Origin: Geotalea daltonii FRC-32 | GTDB taxonomy: Bacteria; Desulfobacterota; Desulfuromonadia; Geobacterales; Geobacteraceae | NCBI RefSeq assembly: GCF_000022265.1 | Contig: NC_011979.1 | Location: 540,001 to 572,000, forward strand | Reading direction: 5' to 3' | Length of the DNA stretch: 32,000 bases | Shown here: positions 8,909-19,560 of the stretch, piece by piece | Layout of the letters: each line of letters starts with the position of its first letter | How positions within the stretch are numbered: position 1 is the stretch's first letter | Notes under the pieces: model-generated | The model's input: only the letters and a program-made list of their open reading frames with translations | The model's database searches: none | What the model was told of the DNA's origin: nothing | Position numbers and translations under genes: made by a program

Positions 8909-10495
8909 ATGAACCAGATGCCTGCGTTACTGAGCATAATAACTTTCCTGCCGCTGTTGGGGGTTTTACTCCTGCTGTTCGTCAACAAGAACAGCCATGC
9001 AGTCGCGAGAGGTATCGCCCTTGGCGTTTCTCTGATAGTTTTCCTAGTTTCTATTCCGTTGATTACCGGTTTTCAGAACACCGCCGAGTTCCAGTTTGTT
9101 GAAAAAGTGCCCTGGATATCAGCCGGACCGTTCCAGATGAGCTACCACATAGGCATCGACGGTATCAGCCTGTGGCTTGTCATTCTTACCACCTTCATTA
9201 TGCCTATCGCCATTCTTTCGACATGGACCGCAGTCGAAGAAAAGGTGAAAGAGTATATGATCTGTCTGCTTCTTCTTGAAGTCGGCATGCTTGGTGCCTT
9301 CATCGCCATCGACCTCTTCCTCTTCTATATCTTCTGGGAAGTAATGCTGATCCCAATGTATTTCATCATCGGTATCTGGGGTGGCAAGAACAAGATATAT
9401 GCCGCTGTGAAGTTCTTCATTTATACCATGGTTGGTTCACTGCTCATGCTGGTGGCATTGATAGCCCTTTACTTCAAGGCCGGTGGCGGAGATTTCAATC
9501 TTCTCAAGTTTTACCAGCTTTCATTGGATCCGGTAACCCAGACCTGGATGTTTCTGGCTTTTGCCCTGGCCTTTGCTATCAAGGTACCGATGTTTCCGCT
9601 CCATACCTGGCTGCCTGATGCCCATACCGAAGCCCCAACGGCTGGTTCGGTAATACTGGCGGCTGTGCTTTTGAAGATGGGTACCTACGGTTTCGTTCGT
9701 TTCGCTATTCCGCTCTTTCCTCTGGCAACCGATCAGTTTACACCGCTTATCGCGACCCTGTCGGTTATTGGTATAATTTATGCCGCTCTGGTGGCGATGG
9801 TACAAGAGGACGTCAAGAAGCTGGTCGCTTATTCATCTGTTGCCCATCTTGGCTTCGTCATGCTCGGTGTCTTTGCATTAAATGAGCAGGGCATTGCCGG
9901 TGGTATGCTGCAGATGCTCAATCATGGCGTTTCCACCGGCGCATTGTTCCTTATTGTTGGTTTCATTTATGAACGCCGGCATACCAGGCTTATTACAGAT
10001 TTCGGCGGTCTCTCCAAACAGATGCCGGTATTCGCTACCATCTTCATGATTGTTACTCTCTCTTCCATCGGCCTCCCGGGGACCAACGGCTTTGTCGGCG
10101 AATTCCTGGTTCTGATCGGATCTTTCGAGAGCAGTATCAGATGGTACTCGGTGATTGCTACCAGCGGAGTCATACTCTCCGCCGTGTACATGCTGTGGAT
10201 GTTCCAACGCGTAATGTTCGGAGAACTCAACAATCCGAAAAACCAGGTTCTCAAGGACCTGAATGCACGGGAAATTGCAATCATGCTCCCACTACTGGTA
10301 CTTATCTTCTTCATGGGAGTTTACCCACGCCCGTTCCTCGACAAAATGAGCCCTTCCATTGTGAACCTGGTTCAGCATGTCAAGACGAAGCAGGCTGCTG
10401 CAAATCCACAACTAACTGTTTCCCAACCGGTGCAGGCAATTCCTGCCGTCCCGATTGCAGATCCACACGCAGCAACCCCAGCAGAAGTGAAATAG
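8909..10495 (+). CDS. nuoM: NADH-quinone oxidoreductase subunit M
   Basis: 528-aa polytopic ORF with an AAAGGAG RBS and ND4-like motifs FYIFWEVMLIPMYFIIGIWGG and HTWLPDAHTEAPTAGSVILA. Confidence 0.93.
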   Translation: MNQMPALLSIITFLPLLGVLLLLFVNKNSHAVARGIALGVSLIVFLVSIPLITGFQNTAEFQFVEKVPWISAGPFQMSYHIGIDGISLWLVILTTFIMPIAILSTWTAVEEKVKEYMICLLLLEVGMLGAFIAIDLFLFYIFWEVMLIPMYFIIGIWGGKNKIYAAVKFFIYTMVGSLLMLVALIALYFKAGGGDFNLLKFYQLSLDPVTQTWMFLAFALAFAIKVPMFPLHTWLPDAHTEAPTAGSVILAAVLLKMGTYGFVRFAIPLFPLATDQFTPLIATLSVIGIIYAALVAMVQEDVKKLVAYSSVAHLGFVMLGVFALNEQGIAGGMLQMLNHGVSTGALFLIVGFIYERRHTRLITDFGGLSKQMPVFATIFMIVTLSSIGLPGTNGFVGEFLVLIGSFESSIRWYSVIATSGVILSAVYMLWMFQRVMFGELNNPKNQVLKDLNAREIAIMLPLLVLIFFMGVYPRPFLDKMSPSIVNLVQHVKTKQAAANPQLTVSQPVQAIPAVPIADPHAATPAEVK

Positions 10496-10528
10496 ACACA
10501 GTTTAGAATAGTTACCGGAGGAAATTAG

Positions 10529-11992
10529 ATGGAAACAATCCCTATGCCAGCCATAAACTTCGCTGCGGTGATGCCAGAGACAATACTTTCGGTATTTGCC
10601 ATGGTGCTTCTGCTGGTCAATGTCTTTGTCCCTGGCAAACAGAAGGCTTATCTTGCTTACCTGAGTCTCATAGGTATTATCGTTGCCGGAGTCAGCGTAT
10701 TCAATGCTTGGGATGCACCGCTCTCACTCCAGGAGGGCTTTAACGGTTCAGTATTACAGGATAACTTCTCTCTGTTTTTCAAAGCCATTTTCCTTGTGTC
10801 CGCAGCCTTGACGTTGCTTATCAGTGACCAGTATCTTGAGCGGGAAAACTGCAACCATGGGGAAATTTACCCCCTCATACTGCTGGCAACGGCAGGTATG
10901 ATGCTGATGGCATCGGGAACTGATCTCATGACCATCTTCCTGGGCCTCGAAGTTTTATCTGTCGCCCTTTATGTTCTTGCTGGATTCAACAGGGAGAATT
11001 TAAAATCAAATGAAGCAGGTTTGAAGTACTTCCTGCTCGGCGCCTTTTCTACCGGTTTCCTTCTTTACGGAATGGCTCTTACTTATGGTGCCACCGGGTC
11101 AACCAAGATTGCAAATATTGCCTCATACGTGAGCCAGAATGGTGCGGTTACAGCTAACCCGCTGTTCCTCGTTGGCATGCTGCTGATTGCTGTCGGGTTT
11201 TCCTTCAAAATTGCTGCTGCGCCCTTCCATATGTGGACCCCGGACGTTTATGAAGGTGCTCCCACACCGATTACAGCATTTATGTCCGCAGGCCCCAAGG
11301 CTGCAGGTTTCGCAGCATTCATCCGTGTAATGGTGTTTGCTTTCCCGACTCTGAAAGCGGATTGGTCGGATCTGCTATGGATCCTTGCTGTGCTGACTAT
11401 GACTATCGGTAACATCATTGCTCTTAAGCAGGACAATATAAAAAGGGTTCTTGCCTATTCCTCGATCGCCCATGCCGGATATGCCCTGGTCGGTTTTGCT
11501 GCCGGTAGCGCAGAGGGTGCTGCAGGTATTTTGTTCTACATGCTTTCATACGCATTTATGAATATCGGGGCATTTGCCATCATCATCCTCATAGGGAAAA
11601 AAGGCGAGGCAAACAGCAATGTTACAGATTTCGCAGGTCTTGGTTTCAGAAGACCAGTGCTTGCCGTTCTGATGGCCATTTTCCTCTTTTCCCTTGCCGG
11701 CATTCCCCCCATGGTTGGATTTGTCGGTAAATTCTACCTCTTCTCCGCTGCCATCAAGTCCGGTTATATCTGGCTTGCCATCATAGGCGTCCTTAACAGT
11801 GCCGCCTCCGTATACTATTATCTGCGGGTGATGGTCTACATGTACATGAAAGATCCCGTTGAGGAATTCGACTGGGTTAAGGTAACGCCTGCTATTGCCT
11901 TGTGTCTTGTTATCTCGGTGGCCGGGGTTATGATACCGGGTGTTGTTCCCGGTTATTTGCTGCAGCTGGCCCAGAAGGCAGTCCTCTTTTAA
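10529..11992 (+). CDS. nuoN: NADH-quinone oxidoreductase subunit N
   Basis: 487-aa polytopic ORF with a GGAGGA RBS and ND2-like motif FHMWTPDVYEGAPTPITAFMS. It is the last gene before the terminator. Confidence 0.92.
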   Translation: METIPMPAINFAAVMPETILSVFAMVLLLVNVFVPGKQKAYLAYLSLIGIIVAGVSVFNAWDAPLSLQEGFNGSVLQDNFSLFFKAIFLVSAALTLLISDQYLERENCNHGEIYPLILLATAGMMLMASGTDLMTIFLGLEVLSVALYVLAGFNRENLKSNEAGLKYFLLGAFSTGFLLYGMALTYGATGSTKIANIASYVSQNGAVTANPLFLVGMLLIAVGFSFKIAAAPFHMWTPDVYEGAPTPITAFMSAGPKAAGFAAFIRVMVFAFPTLKADWSDLLWILAVLTMTIGNIIALKQDNIKRVLAYSSIAHAGYALVGFAAGSAEGAAGILFYMLSYAFMNIGAFAIIILIGKKGEANSNVTDFAGLGFRRPVLAVLMAIFLFSLAGIPPMVGFVGKFYLFSAAIKSGYIWLAIIGVLNSAASVYYYLRVMVYMYMKDPVEEFDWVKVTPAIALCLVISVAGVMIPGVVPGYLLQLAQKAVLF

Positions 11993-12015
11993 AAAGCTAG
12001 TTTCACCGTATTATG

Positions 12016-12050
12016 AAGCCCCGCCAGGAATCTGGAGGGGCTTTTTTATT
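12016..12050 (+). terminator. Rho-independent terminator of the nuo operon
   Basis: AAGCCCCgCCAG-gaat-CTGGaGGGGCTT forms an 11-bp stem with one g/a mismatch and a 4-nt loop. It is followed by TTTTATT and lies 24 nt after the nuoN stop. Confidence 0.85.
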
Positions 12051-12193
12051 ATGGTCTCCCTTTACCCCATCACCAGTTTCGCAGCCGATTCATTCTAAGT
12101 CCGACAGACTCCTAGCCAGCTTGTCTGGTCACCTGGACAAAACAGTAAATTCAATCCACTTTTGCTATTGGAATTTCGAAGGCTATAATTAGC

Positions 12194-12222
12194 TTGACAA
12201 TACTGTGACGGTAATATATATA
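12194..12222 (+). promoter_or_regulatory. sigma70-type promoter of the RND efflux operon
   Basis: TTGACA (12194-12199), a 17-nt spacer, then TATATA (12217-12222). It lies about 45 nt upstream of the TTG start at 12267, which has a GGGAGG RBS. Confidence 0.55.
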
Positions 12223-12266
12223 AAAAATGCTATATATTGTTGTAACAATTTTACTGGGAGGCTCCC

Positions 12267-13604
12267 TTGCAAATAATATATTTTGCACTTTGCCTGCTAC
12301 TGTCATTTCCCATGATGTGTTTTGCCGAACCCAAAATCTCTCCGCGACAAGCCATTTTAATAGCTTTGGAGAAGAACCATCAGCTGCAGGCAACTGCCCA
12401 TGAAGTAACTGCAGCTGAAGAAGATGTCAATATCAACCGCAGCAGGTATTTACCAAGGGTTTCATTTGAGGAAAGTGCGGCGGTTTCAAATTCTCCTACT
12501 CGTGTTTTCATGATGAAGCTGGACCAGGGGAAATTTGCCTCCAGTGACTTTGATACAGCCAATCTCAACAAACCCGACTCCTATCATGATTTTAAGACGG
12601 CGCTGACCCTTGAACAGCCATTGTTCGATTTATCCCTGTTAAAATCCACGTCAATTGCTAAAACGGCAGTAGAAAGTCAAAAATTTGCCGCCGATCAGAA
12701 GCGACAGGATGTGGCGGTGCAGGTTTATTCGGCGTGGCTGGCGGTCCGACGTGCAAAGGCCTATGTCAGCATAGCTGAACAAGCCATGGCAGAAGCAAAG
12801 GAACACCTGCGGCTGGCGGGGGCAAGGGTTGGCGTAGGGACAGGTCTTAAGTCAGAGGGATTAAGGGCAAAAACATTTCTTTTTGATGTGGAACAGCAAC
12901 TGGTCACGGCAAGCAACGATTTGAAGCTGGCAAAGATGCAGCTAGCAATGGTTATCGGGGGTACTCCAGGGGAAGAGGTGGATATTGTCGATGATCTATC
13001 GGTTGTCGAGATGACCTCGACCATGAAGGAACTGCAACTATTGGCTGTCGAGAATCGTAAAGACCTGCAGGCAGTGAATAAAGAAACCCAAAAAGCAGCA
13101 ACTGCGATTGAACTGGCGCGCGCAGCCTACCTTCCCACTTTATACGCCAGCGCCTCTTATCAATTAAATGATTACAGCGTCCCGTTTGGTCGGGATAACG
13201 ATTCATGGCAGGCGGGGGTGACTTTGCGCTGGGAATTTTTCTCAGGGCTGAAAACCCGTAATGAAGTCAATAAATTCAAGTCGCTTGAGCGAGCCGCCCA
13301 GGAATATCAAAAGGATTATGCCAATTCCATCGCCTATCAGGTAAGCGAAAATGTTCTTCGCCATGGGGAAGCCGGGAAAAGGCTTGAATTGGCGCGGCAG
13401 GCAGTGATTGATGCGGAGGAAAGTGTTCGCCTGATCAGCAAGCGATTTCAAAATTCCCTGTCTCCCATGGTCGAGTTGCTGGATGCGCAGACGTCTCTGA
13501 ACAGGGCTCGCGCGGTACAGGTTGAAATGGAAAATGGGCAGGCACTTGCTTTGGCGCGGATCTGGCAATCAGCGGGAATTTTCCTCAAGGAGGTTCTTAA
13601 ATGA
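12267..13604 (+). CDS. Outer-membrane efflux factor (TolC/OprM family)
   Basis: 445-aa ORF with a TTG start 5 nt after GGGAGG and an N-terminal signal peptide (LLLSFPMMCFA/EP). It has a long coiled-coil-rich two-repeat architecture and ends WQSAGIF. Its stop overlaps the next start as ATGA. Confidence 0.85.
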   Translation: MQIIYFALCLLLSFPMMCFAEPKISPRQAILIALEKNHQLQATAHEVTAAEEDVNINRSRYLPRVSFEESAAVSNSPTRVFMMKLDQGKFASSDFDTANLNKPDSYHDFKTALTLEQPLFDLSLLKSTSIAKTAVESQKFAADQKRQDVAVQVYSAWLAVRRAKAYVSIAEQAMAEAKEHLRLAGARVGVGTGLKSEGLRAKTFLFDVEQQLVTASNDLKLAKMQLAMVIGGTPGEEVDIVDDLSVVEMTSTMKELQLLAVENRKDLQAVNKETQKAATAIELARAAYLPTLYASASYQLNDYSVPFGRDNDSWQAGVTLRWEFFSGLKTRNEVNKFKSLERAAQEYQKDYANSIAYQVSENVLRHGEAGKRLELARQAVIDAEESVRLISKRFQNSLSPMVELLDAQTSLNRARAVQVEMENGQALALARIWQSAGIFLKEVLK

Positions 13605-14731
13605 GGTTATGGAAAACAGGTCGGCTTGCAGTATATGTCGTACTGGTGTTGCTGGTGAATTCAGCATGCAGCAAGTCGAAAGAAGGGACAAAAGAAGGTC
13701 CGGGTCCGATTGTCTCCGGAATAATTGTCGAAAAAATGGTTACAGAGATGGTTCCCGAGCAGGTTGAGGCTGTGGGCTCCATCCGCTCGATAAACTCTGC
13801 CCAGATCGCAGCACGCATAGCAGGGACTGTGACCTCAATGAAGGTGAGGGAAGGGGACAGTGTCGGCAAGGGTGCGCTACTTATGACTCTGGCATCTGCT
13901 GAAACTACCGCAGGGGCAGCCGGTGCCAGGGCTGCTGTTGAACAGGCGAGCCATGGGGTGGAAGAAGCCCGATCGAGAAAGCAATTTGCCGATGTGACGT
14001 TTGAGAGGTACCAGAAATTGTTGCAAGAAGAGGCGGTAACCCGCCAGGAGTATGACGGCAGGCTGTCGGAAAAGGAGGTGGCAGCGAGGTCTTTGGCAAA
14101 GGCTGAAGCTGCACTTGCCGCAGCCAGGGAAGGGGCACGGGGGGCATCCAGCTTGGCCGGATACGGGAAAATATATGCGCCGATCAGCGGTATTATTGTA
14201 ACCAGACTGGTTGATGTGGGGATGACGGTGTTTCCAGGTACACAACTTTTTACCTTGGAAGAGCAAGGCGCCTATCGACTTGAGGTCGCTGCCCCGGAAT
14301 CGCTGCTGGGTAAGGTAAAGGTCGGTGGCCGGGTCCCTGTAAGTCTGGATGGGGTGCCGGCTGCAAAAACAGGGGTAGTGGAAGAAGTTGTCCCAGCAGT
14401 GGATAGGGCAACGCGGACATTCATCGTCAAAATTGCTTTAACCGATAAAGGGCTGCGTTCCGGTTCATACGGGAGTGCCAATTTCCAGATGGGAACTCGC
14501 CAGGGACTTTTGCTGGTGAAAAAAGCCGTGGTAACCCAAGGCGCGCTGACGTCGGTCTGGGTTGTGGGACAGGATGGTATCGTTCGCATGAGGATAGTAA
14601 AGACAGGAAAAACAGTGGGAGACAAGGTGGAGATCTTGGCTGGACTGGCAATCGGTGAGGCGGTTGTCACGGCAGGGATGGAGAAAGTTGTGGAGGGGGC
14701 AAGGGTTGAAGAGAAATCCCGTCAGCAATAA
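13601..14731 (+). CDS. RND efflux membrane-fusion (periplasmic adaptor) protein, probable lipoprotein
   Basis: 376-aa ORF with a signal/lipobox-like N-terminus (LLVNSAC). A lipoyl-like segment (GDSVGKGALLMTL) is followed by an Ala-rich alpha-hairpin and then IYAPISGIIV and beta-barrel segments typical of the HlyD/AcrA family. Confidence 0.88.
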   Translation: MRLWKTGRLAVYVVLVLLVNSACSKSKEGTKEGPGPIVSGIIVEKMVTEMVPEQVEAVGSIRSINSAQIAARIAGTVTSMKVREGDSVGKGALLMTLASAETTAGAAGARAAVEQASHGVEEARSRKQFADVTFERYQKLLQEEAVTRQEYDGRLSEKEVAARSLAKAEAALAAAREGARGASSLAGYGKIYAPISGIIVTRLVDVGMTVFPGTQLFTLEEQGAYRLEVAAPESLLGKVKVGGRVPVSLDGVPAAKTGVVEEVVPAVDRATRTFIVKIALTDKGLRSGSYGSANFQMGTRQGLLLVKKAVVTQGALTSVWVVGQDGIVRMRIVKTGKTVGDKVEILAGLAIGEAVVTAGMEKVVEGARVEEKSRQQ

Positions 14732-14785
14732 ATTGCAAACGTTCAATAGTGGAGCGGATTTCCAGGTTGTAAAGGGAGCTTATTA

Positions 14786-17700
14786 ATGAGCGGACTTGGC
14801 TTTGCCGGCAGAATTGCCCGCGCCTTTATCGACTCGAAGCTGACGCCTTTGATTGTCGGTGCATCTTTGCTGCTGGGGCTTTATGCGGTTCTGGTTACCC
14901 CACGGGAGGAAGAGCCACAGATCGTCGTGCCGATGATTGACATTTACCTGCCCATGCCCGGTGCAACACCGCGGGAGGTGGAAGAGCGGGTCGTCAAGCC
15001 GATGGAAGCCAAGATGTGGGAAATCAAAGGGGTGGAATACATATACTCCGCCAGCAGGCCGGGCTTGGGTATTGTCACCGTCAGGTACAAAGTCGGCGAG
15101 GATATGGAAAACTCCCTGGTGAAGCTTTATAACAAGGTTATGAGCAGCAAAGCTGCACTACCGCCTGGCGCAGGAGAGCCGCAGGTGGCGCCGAAATCCA
15201 TCGATGACGTGCCAATACTTACTCTGACTCTTTGGTCAGAACGCTACGACCATTACACCTTGCGCCGGGTCGCAAGAGAATTGTGCGATGAACTGAAAAA
15301 GTCGGAGAACGTGGCGGAAAGCGACATAAAAGGGGGACAGGCCCGGCAGATAAAGGTGCGGCTTGACCCGGGCAAGCTGGCCGGCCTCGGGTTGTCGCCG
15401 CTGCAGGTGATGGGGGCACTGCAGAAAGAGAACAGTGCCGTGCGCTCGGGCTCATTTTCAGGTATGAGCAAGGATTACCTGGTGGAGACAGGCACTTTCC
15501 TCGCTGGAGCAGATACGGTAAGGCGGATCGTTGTTGCCGCCAAAGCCGGCAGACCGGTCTATGTGGAAGATGTGGCAACGGTGGAGGATGGTCCGGAAGA
15601 GGCAAAGGATTATGTCTTCCATGGCCTGGGGCGATCAGCAGAGGGTGTAGAGAAGGCCAGCAGAGCTGCCAGTTATCCGGCGGTCACTCTTTCCTTTGCC
15701 AAGCGAAAGGGGGCCAATGCCACCTGGGTTGCCGAAGACCTTGTGAAGAAGACGGAGCTTCTCAAGGGTAAACTGATTCCTTCGGATGTGCATGTAACTG
15801 TAACGCGGAATTATGGCGAGACGGCCAGGGAAAAGAATAATGAGCTGCTGTTCCATATGTTCCTGGCAGCATTTTCGGTAACCATTCTCATTGCGGTCTT
15901 CATGGGCTGGCGTGCAGGCGCCGTGGCAGCGATAGCCATACCTGTGACGCTGGCGCTGACCATGCTCATCTTCAACCAAATCGGTTATACACTCAATCGC
16001 ATCACCCTCTTTGCCTTGATATTTTCCATTGGTATTCTGGTGGATGACGCCATCGTTGTGGTGGAAAATATCCACCGCTACTTCACCACCACCAGGTTTG
16101 CCCCGTTGGAAGCATCCATCAAGGCGGTTGACGAGATCGGCAATCCGACCATACTGGCGACTTTTGCAGTCATTGCCTCCATTTTGCCCATGGGCTTTGT
16201 CGGGGGGCTCATGGGGCCGTACATGCGCCCGATACCTGTCGGGGCAAGCATGGCCATGTTGTTTTCGCTGCTCATCGCCTTCATCGTTACCCCATATTTT
16301 GCCTACCGATTCATGAAGGGAGAATCCCACTTCGGCAGGGAGGAAGTGGTAAAGGAATCGCGTCTTACCCTTTTCTATCGACGGTTCATGGGAAATCTTC
16401 TCCATAAGAAAAGGGTGCGCTACGTTTTTCTGACTGGCGTAGTAGTGCTGCTGCTTGCTTCCTGTTCGCTGATCTATTTCAAGCTGGTTACCGTCAAGAT
16501 GCTGCCCTTCGACAACAAGAATGAGCTGCAGGTGATCGTTGATGCTCCCGACGGCACGGCACTTGAAGAAACCGCCCGCATGCTGGCAGAGATGGGGGAT
16601 GCTTTACGCAATGTGCCGGAAGTGGTGGATTTTCAGACCTATGTCGGGGTCAGTTCCCCTTTCAACTTCAATGGCCTGGTTCGCCATTATTACCTGCGCA
16701 AAGGTTCCAATGTGGGGGATATTCAGGTCAACCTGGTGCATAAATCCAAGCGAAGCGAGCAGTCCCATGATATTGCCAAAAAGATCAGGCCGGTTCTGAA
16801 AACAATAGCCGACCGCTATTCGGCAAGGTTGAAGGTGGCCGAAATCCCGCCGGGGCCGCCGGTTCTCTCAACATTGGTGGCAGAGGTATACGGACCGGAT
16901 CAGGAGACGCGGCTGACGATTGCAGCCCAGGTGAAGGAGATATTCCGGAAAACTGCTGGCGTGGTTGATACCGACTGGTACGTGGAGGATGACCAGGCGA
17001 AGATAAGTTTCCAGGTTGACAAGGAGAAAGCAGCATTATCGGGCATTGCCACCGAAGACGTGGCAAAGACCCTGCAGATTGCACTGGATGGCATGAATGC
17101 GGGCATCGCTCACCTGCCGAACGAAAAGGAGCCGGTGGGGATCAACCTGAGGCTGCCAGTGGAGCGGCGCAGTTCCATTGCCGACCTGTCGTTCATCCAT
17201 ATTGCAGGCACACATGGCAATGTGCCCCTGACTGAGCTGATCCGGGTGAAGAACGGGGCGGAGGACAAATCCCTCTACCGGAAGAACCTGAAGAATGTGG
17301 TCTATGTTACCGGTGACGTGGCAGGGGTGGTGGAGGCGCCGGTATATGCCATCTTGAAGATGCAGAAGGAAATAGATAAGATAGCTCTTCCGGGAGGGTA
17401 CAAGATAGAGCAGCGGGCGGCAAGCCAGCCCTGGAGCGAGATCCGTCCAGGCCTCAAGTGGGACGGGGAGTGGCACATCACCTATGAAGTTTTCCGCGAC
17501 CTTGGGTTGGCCTTTGCCGCGGTGATGGTCCTGATCTATGTGCTGGTCGTTGCCTGGTTCAAGGATTTTACCACCCCTCTGGTTATCATGGCCCCCATTC
17601 CGCTGACCCTGATCGGCATTTTGCCGGGTCATGCCATCATGGGTGCCTTCTTTACTGCTACCAGCATGATCGGCTTCATTGCCCTGGCAGGAATCATCGT

Positions 17701-17995
17701 CAGGAACTCGATCATTCTCATCGATTTCGCCGAACTGAGACGGCGCGAGGGCATGGCCCTCGATGAGGCAATTATAGATGCGGGAGCCGTCCGCTTCCGG
17801 CCGATGCTGCTCACCGCAGCAGCTGTTGTTATCGGCAGCTTCGTCATTGTTTTCGATCCGATTTTCCAAGGGCTGGCCCTGGCCATGATGTGCGGCGAAA
17901 TTGCATCCACCGCCTTGTCCCGGGTGACCATACCTGTCCTGTATTTCCTGGTTCAGTCCTGGAAGGAGAAACGGCAGCAGAAAATTGCAGCCTGA
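14786..17995 (+). CDS. RND efflux pump inner-membrane permease (AcrB/AcrD/AcrF-like)
   Basis: 1069-aa ORF with an AGGGAG RBS and 12-TM/two-large-loop architecture. TM4 has the motif [14 protein letters not shown] and TM10 the motif [14 protein letters not shown]. Confidence 0.92.
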   Translation: MSGLGFAGRIARAFIDSKLTPLIVGASLLLGLYAVLVTPREEEPQIVVPMIDIYLPMPGATPREVEERVVKPMEAKMWEIKGVEYIYSASRPGLGIVTVRYKVGEDMENSLVKLYNKVMSSKAALPPGAGEPQVAPKSIDDVPILTLTLWSERYDHYTLRRVARELCDELKKSENVAESDIKGGQARQIKVRLDPGKLAGLGLSPLQVMGALQKENSAVRSGSFSGMSKDYLVETGTFLAGADTVRRIVVAAKAGRPVYVEDVATVEDGPEEAKDYVFHGLGRSAEGVEKASRAASYPAVTLSFAKRKGANATWVAEDLVKKTELLKGKLIPSDVHVTVTRNYGETAREKNNELLFHMFLAAFSVTILIAVFMGWRAGAVAAIAIPVTLALTMLIFNQIGYTLNRITLFALIFSIGILVDDAIVVVENIHRYFTTTRFAPLEASIKAVDEIGNPTILATFAVIASILPMGFVGGLMGPYMRPIPVGASMAMLFSLLIAFIVTPYFAYRFMKGESHFGREEVVKESRLTLFYRRFMGNLLHKKRVRYVFLTGVVVLLLASCSLIYFKLVTVKMLPFDNKNELQVIVDAPDGTALEETARMLAEMGDALRNVPEVVDFQTYVGVSSPFNFNGLVRHYYLRKGSNVGDIQVNLVHKSKRSEQSHDIAKKIRPVLKTIADRYSARLKVAEIPPGPPVLSTLVAEVYGPDQETRLTIAAQVKEIFRKTAGVVDTDWYVEDDQAKISFQVDKEKAALSGIATEDVAKTLQIALDGMNAGIAHLPNEKEPVGINLRLPVERRSSIADLSFIHIAGTHGNVPLTELIRVKNGAEDKSLYRKNLKNVVYVTGDVAGVVEAPVYAILKMQKEIDKIALPGGYKIEQRAASQPWSEIRPGLKWDGEWHITYEVFRDLGLAFAAVMVLIYVLVVAWFKDFTTPLVIMAPIPLTLIGILPGHAIMGAFFTATSMIGFIALAGIIVRNSIILIDFAELRRREGMALDEAIIDAGAVRFRPMLLTAAAVVIGSFVIVFDPIFQGLALAMMCGEIASTALSRVTIPVLYFLVQSWKEKRQQKIAA

Positions 17996-18024
17996 AATAA
18001 TCACAAAAAGATCTGGAGGAATTG

Positions 18025-18462
18025 ATGTTCTGGTCAAAGCAAAAAAAAGATGAGATCGAGGTTGAAGGGGTGGTGGGCAATGTGGCTGCAGAAGCTGAAG
18101 GTCTGTTCCGTTCCGGGAAAATGCATTGCGCCGAAGCTGTACTGGCGGCAATCCGAAGCAACTTCGCTCCGCAAATTCCTGAGGCGGTGGTGCGGATGGC
18201 CTCAGGTTTTGGTGGTGGTTCCGGCTCCGGCTGCGTCTGCGGAGCCGTTGCCGGGGGAACCATTGCCCTTGCCCTTGTTCTTCAGGAGGATAAGAAGCAG
18301 ATAGGCTCCCTGACAAAAGAGCTGCACAAGTGGTTCAAGGAACAGTACGGAGCGACCTGCTGCAAGGTTATAACACAAAAGGACAAAGGGGGCTGCCCTC
18401 TTCTTACCGGCAATGTGGCCGGCAAAGTGGCGGAAATGCTAAAGGTCACACAGGAAAAATAA
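18025..18462 (+). CDS. C_GCAxxG_C_C family putative redox-active protein
   Basis: The ORF track starts at TTG 18022, but ATG 18025 sits 4 nt after the GGAGGA RBS. Family signature Cys pattern: HCAEAV...GSGCVCGAVAGG...ATCCKV...GGCP. Confidence 0.75.
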   Translation: MFWSKQKKDEIEVEGVVGNVAAEAEGLFRSGKMHCAEAVLAAIRSNFAPQIPEAVVRMASGFGGGSGSGCVCGAVAGGTIALALVLQEDKKQIGSLTKELHKWFKEQYGATCCKVITQKDKGGCPLLTGNVAGKVAEMLKVTQEK

Positions 18463-18498
18463 TATGCGGCAATTAAAAGAAGAAAAAGGAGTATAGAG

Positions 18499-18711
18499 AT
18501 GCATATCGACAGAATGCTCAGGCTGATTGCCGGATTTTTCGTCATGCTGTCAGTGGCACTGGCTCATCTTCATAGTATAAACTGGCTCTGGTTCACTGCC
18601 TTTATCGGCCTCAATCTTTTTCAATCGGCCTTTACCAATTGGTGCCCGATGATGACTATTCTGGCGAAGGCCGGGGTGCCCAAGCTGCCACCCAACTGTG
18701 GCTGTAAATGA
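18499..18711 (+). CDS. DUF2892 (YgaP-type membrane domain) small membrane protein
   Basis: 70-aa, 2-TM ORF with an [23 protein letters not shown]...[15 protein letters not shown] matches the DUF2892 pattern, and the C-terminus ends CGCK. Its stop overlaps the next start as ATGA. Confidence 0.7.
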   Translation: MHIDRMLRLIAGFFVMLSVALAHLHSINWLWFTAFIGLNLFQSAFTNWCPMMTILAKAGVPKLPPNCGCK

Positions 18712-19538
18712 AAGGGCGAATCACCGTTCTCTGCGACAACGGCGTCGGTCCACTGGCAGGTACTCTCGGGGAACACGGCTTTGCTGCCCTGATCGAAACG
18801 GCTTCCGGCTCGTTGCTTTTCGATACCGGGCAGGGAGCGACACTGCTCCATAACGCCCAGCGCATGCAGCGGGATCTGAGGAGAGTGGATAAGGTTGCCA
18901 TATCCCATGGCCATTATGATCATACGGGCGGTCTTTGGCCATTGCTCCAGTGGTGCGGACCGAAAAGGGTCTACGGTCATGAGGGTATCTTTGCCGGCCG
19001 CTATACGCTGCGGGACGGGGAAAAGGGACGCTCCATCGGCATGCCTTACAGCAGGGAGTTTCTGGAAGGACAGGGTGCCTCTTTTGACCTTGACGCTTCA
19101 TTCAGGGAGATTGCGCCGGATATCTTTCTCAGCGGAGAAGTCCCGCGAAAGCAGGCCTTTGAGCAGGGTGACACGGGACTGTTCTGCGATGCCGCAGGTT
19201 GCATCCCTGATCAGGTCCCGGACGACCAGTCACTGGTGCTGAAAACGGGCAAGGGGCTGGTGCTGGTGTTGGGCTGCTGCCATTCCGGAATGATAAACAC
19301 CCTGGAACTGGTCAGGGAACGAACAGGCGAGACCCGAATATATGCGGTGATCGGCGGCAATCACCTGGGGTTCTCTTCACAGGCCCAGCTCAATGGGACG
19401 GTGAAAATGCTCGGGACCTACGGGATCGAGAAGATATGCGGCAGCCATTGTGCCGGTTTTGCTGCATCAGCCCGGCTGATGAAGGAATTTCCCGGAAAAT
19501 TCCATCCGGCACAGGTGGGATATACACTGGAAATGTAA
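18708..19538 (+). CDS. MBL-fold metallo-hydrolase, COG1237-like
   Basis: 276-aa ORF with the metallo-beta-lactamase motif [11 protein letters not shown] and later GCCHSG and GGNHL/GSHC elements. No signal peptide. Confidence 0.8.
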   Translation: MKGRITVLCDNGVGPLAGTLGEHGFAALIETASGSLLFDTGQGATLLHNAQRMQRDLRRVDKVAISHGHYDHTGGLWPLLQWCGPKRVYGHEGIFAGRYTLRDGEKGRSIGMPYSREFLEGQGASFDLDASFREIAPDIFLSGEVPRKQAFEQGDTGLFCDAAGCIPDQVPDDQSLVLKTGKGLVLVLGCCHSGMINTLELVRERTGETRIYAVIGGNHLGFSSQAQLNGTVKMLGTYGIEKICGSHCAGFAASARLMKEFPGKFHPAQVGYTLEM

Positions 19539-19560
19539 TGAAAAACGAGGAGCTATCGGC

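Noticed and set aside
12051-12098. A 15-codon ORF (MVSLYPITSFAADSF) immediately after the nuo terminator.
   Set aside because: It has no RBS, is very short, and lies within the terminator-distal spacer. Nothing supports it being coding.
12051-12266. Checked the larger intergenic regions (12051-12266, 21906-22084, 25598-25761, 27892-28031) on both strands. I was looking for GEMM-type cyclic-dinucleotide riboswitch cores, which are common near motility genes in Geobacter-like genomes, and for small-RNA-like structures.
   Set aside because: I found no ACGCAAAGC / GGCAAACC-type conserved cores and no extended stems. A covariance-model scan (Rfam/Infernal) would be the decisive test.
12267-17995. 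The OMF-MFP-RND gene order resembles czcCBA, which suggests a heavy-metal efflux (HME) system.
   Set aside because: TM4 of the pump reads [13 protein letters not shown], the adjacent Asp-Asp pattern of AcrB-type (HAE) pumps. It is not the D-x5-D-x6-E pattern I recall for CzcA-type pumps. Substrate class cannot be assigned from the sequence.
17036-18316. A 426-aa minus-strand ORF spanning the RND pump 3' end and the C_GCAxxG_C_C gene.
   Set aside because: Its composition is typical of antisense frames (RRRSRSRNHHQ..., PPPQ...), whereas both sense genes carry strong family motifs.
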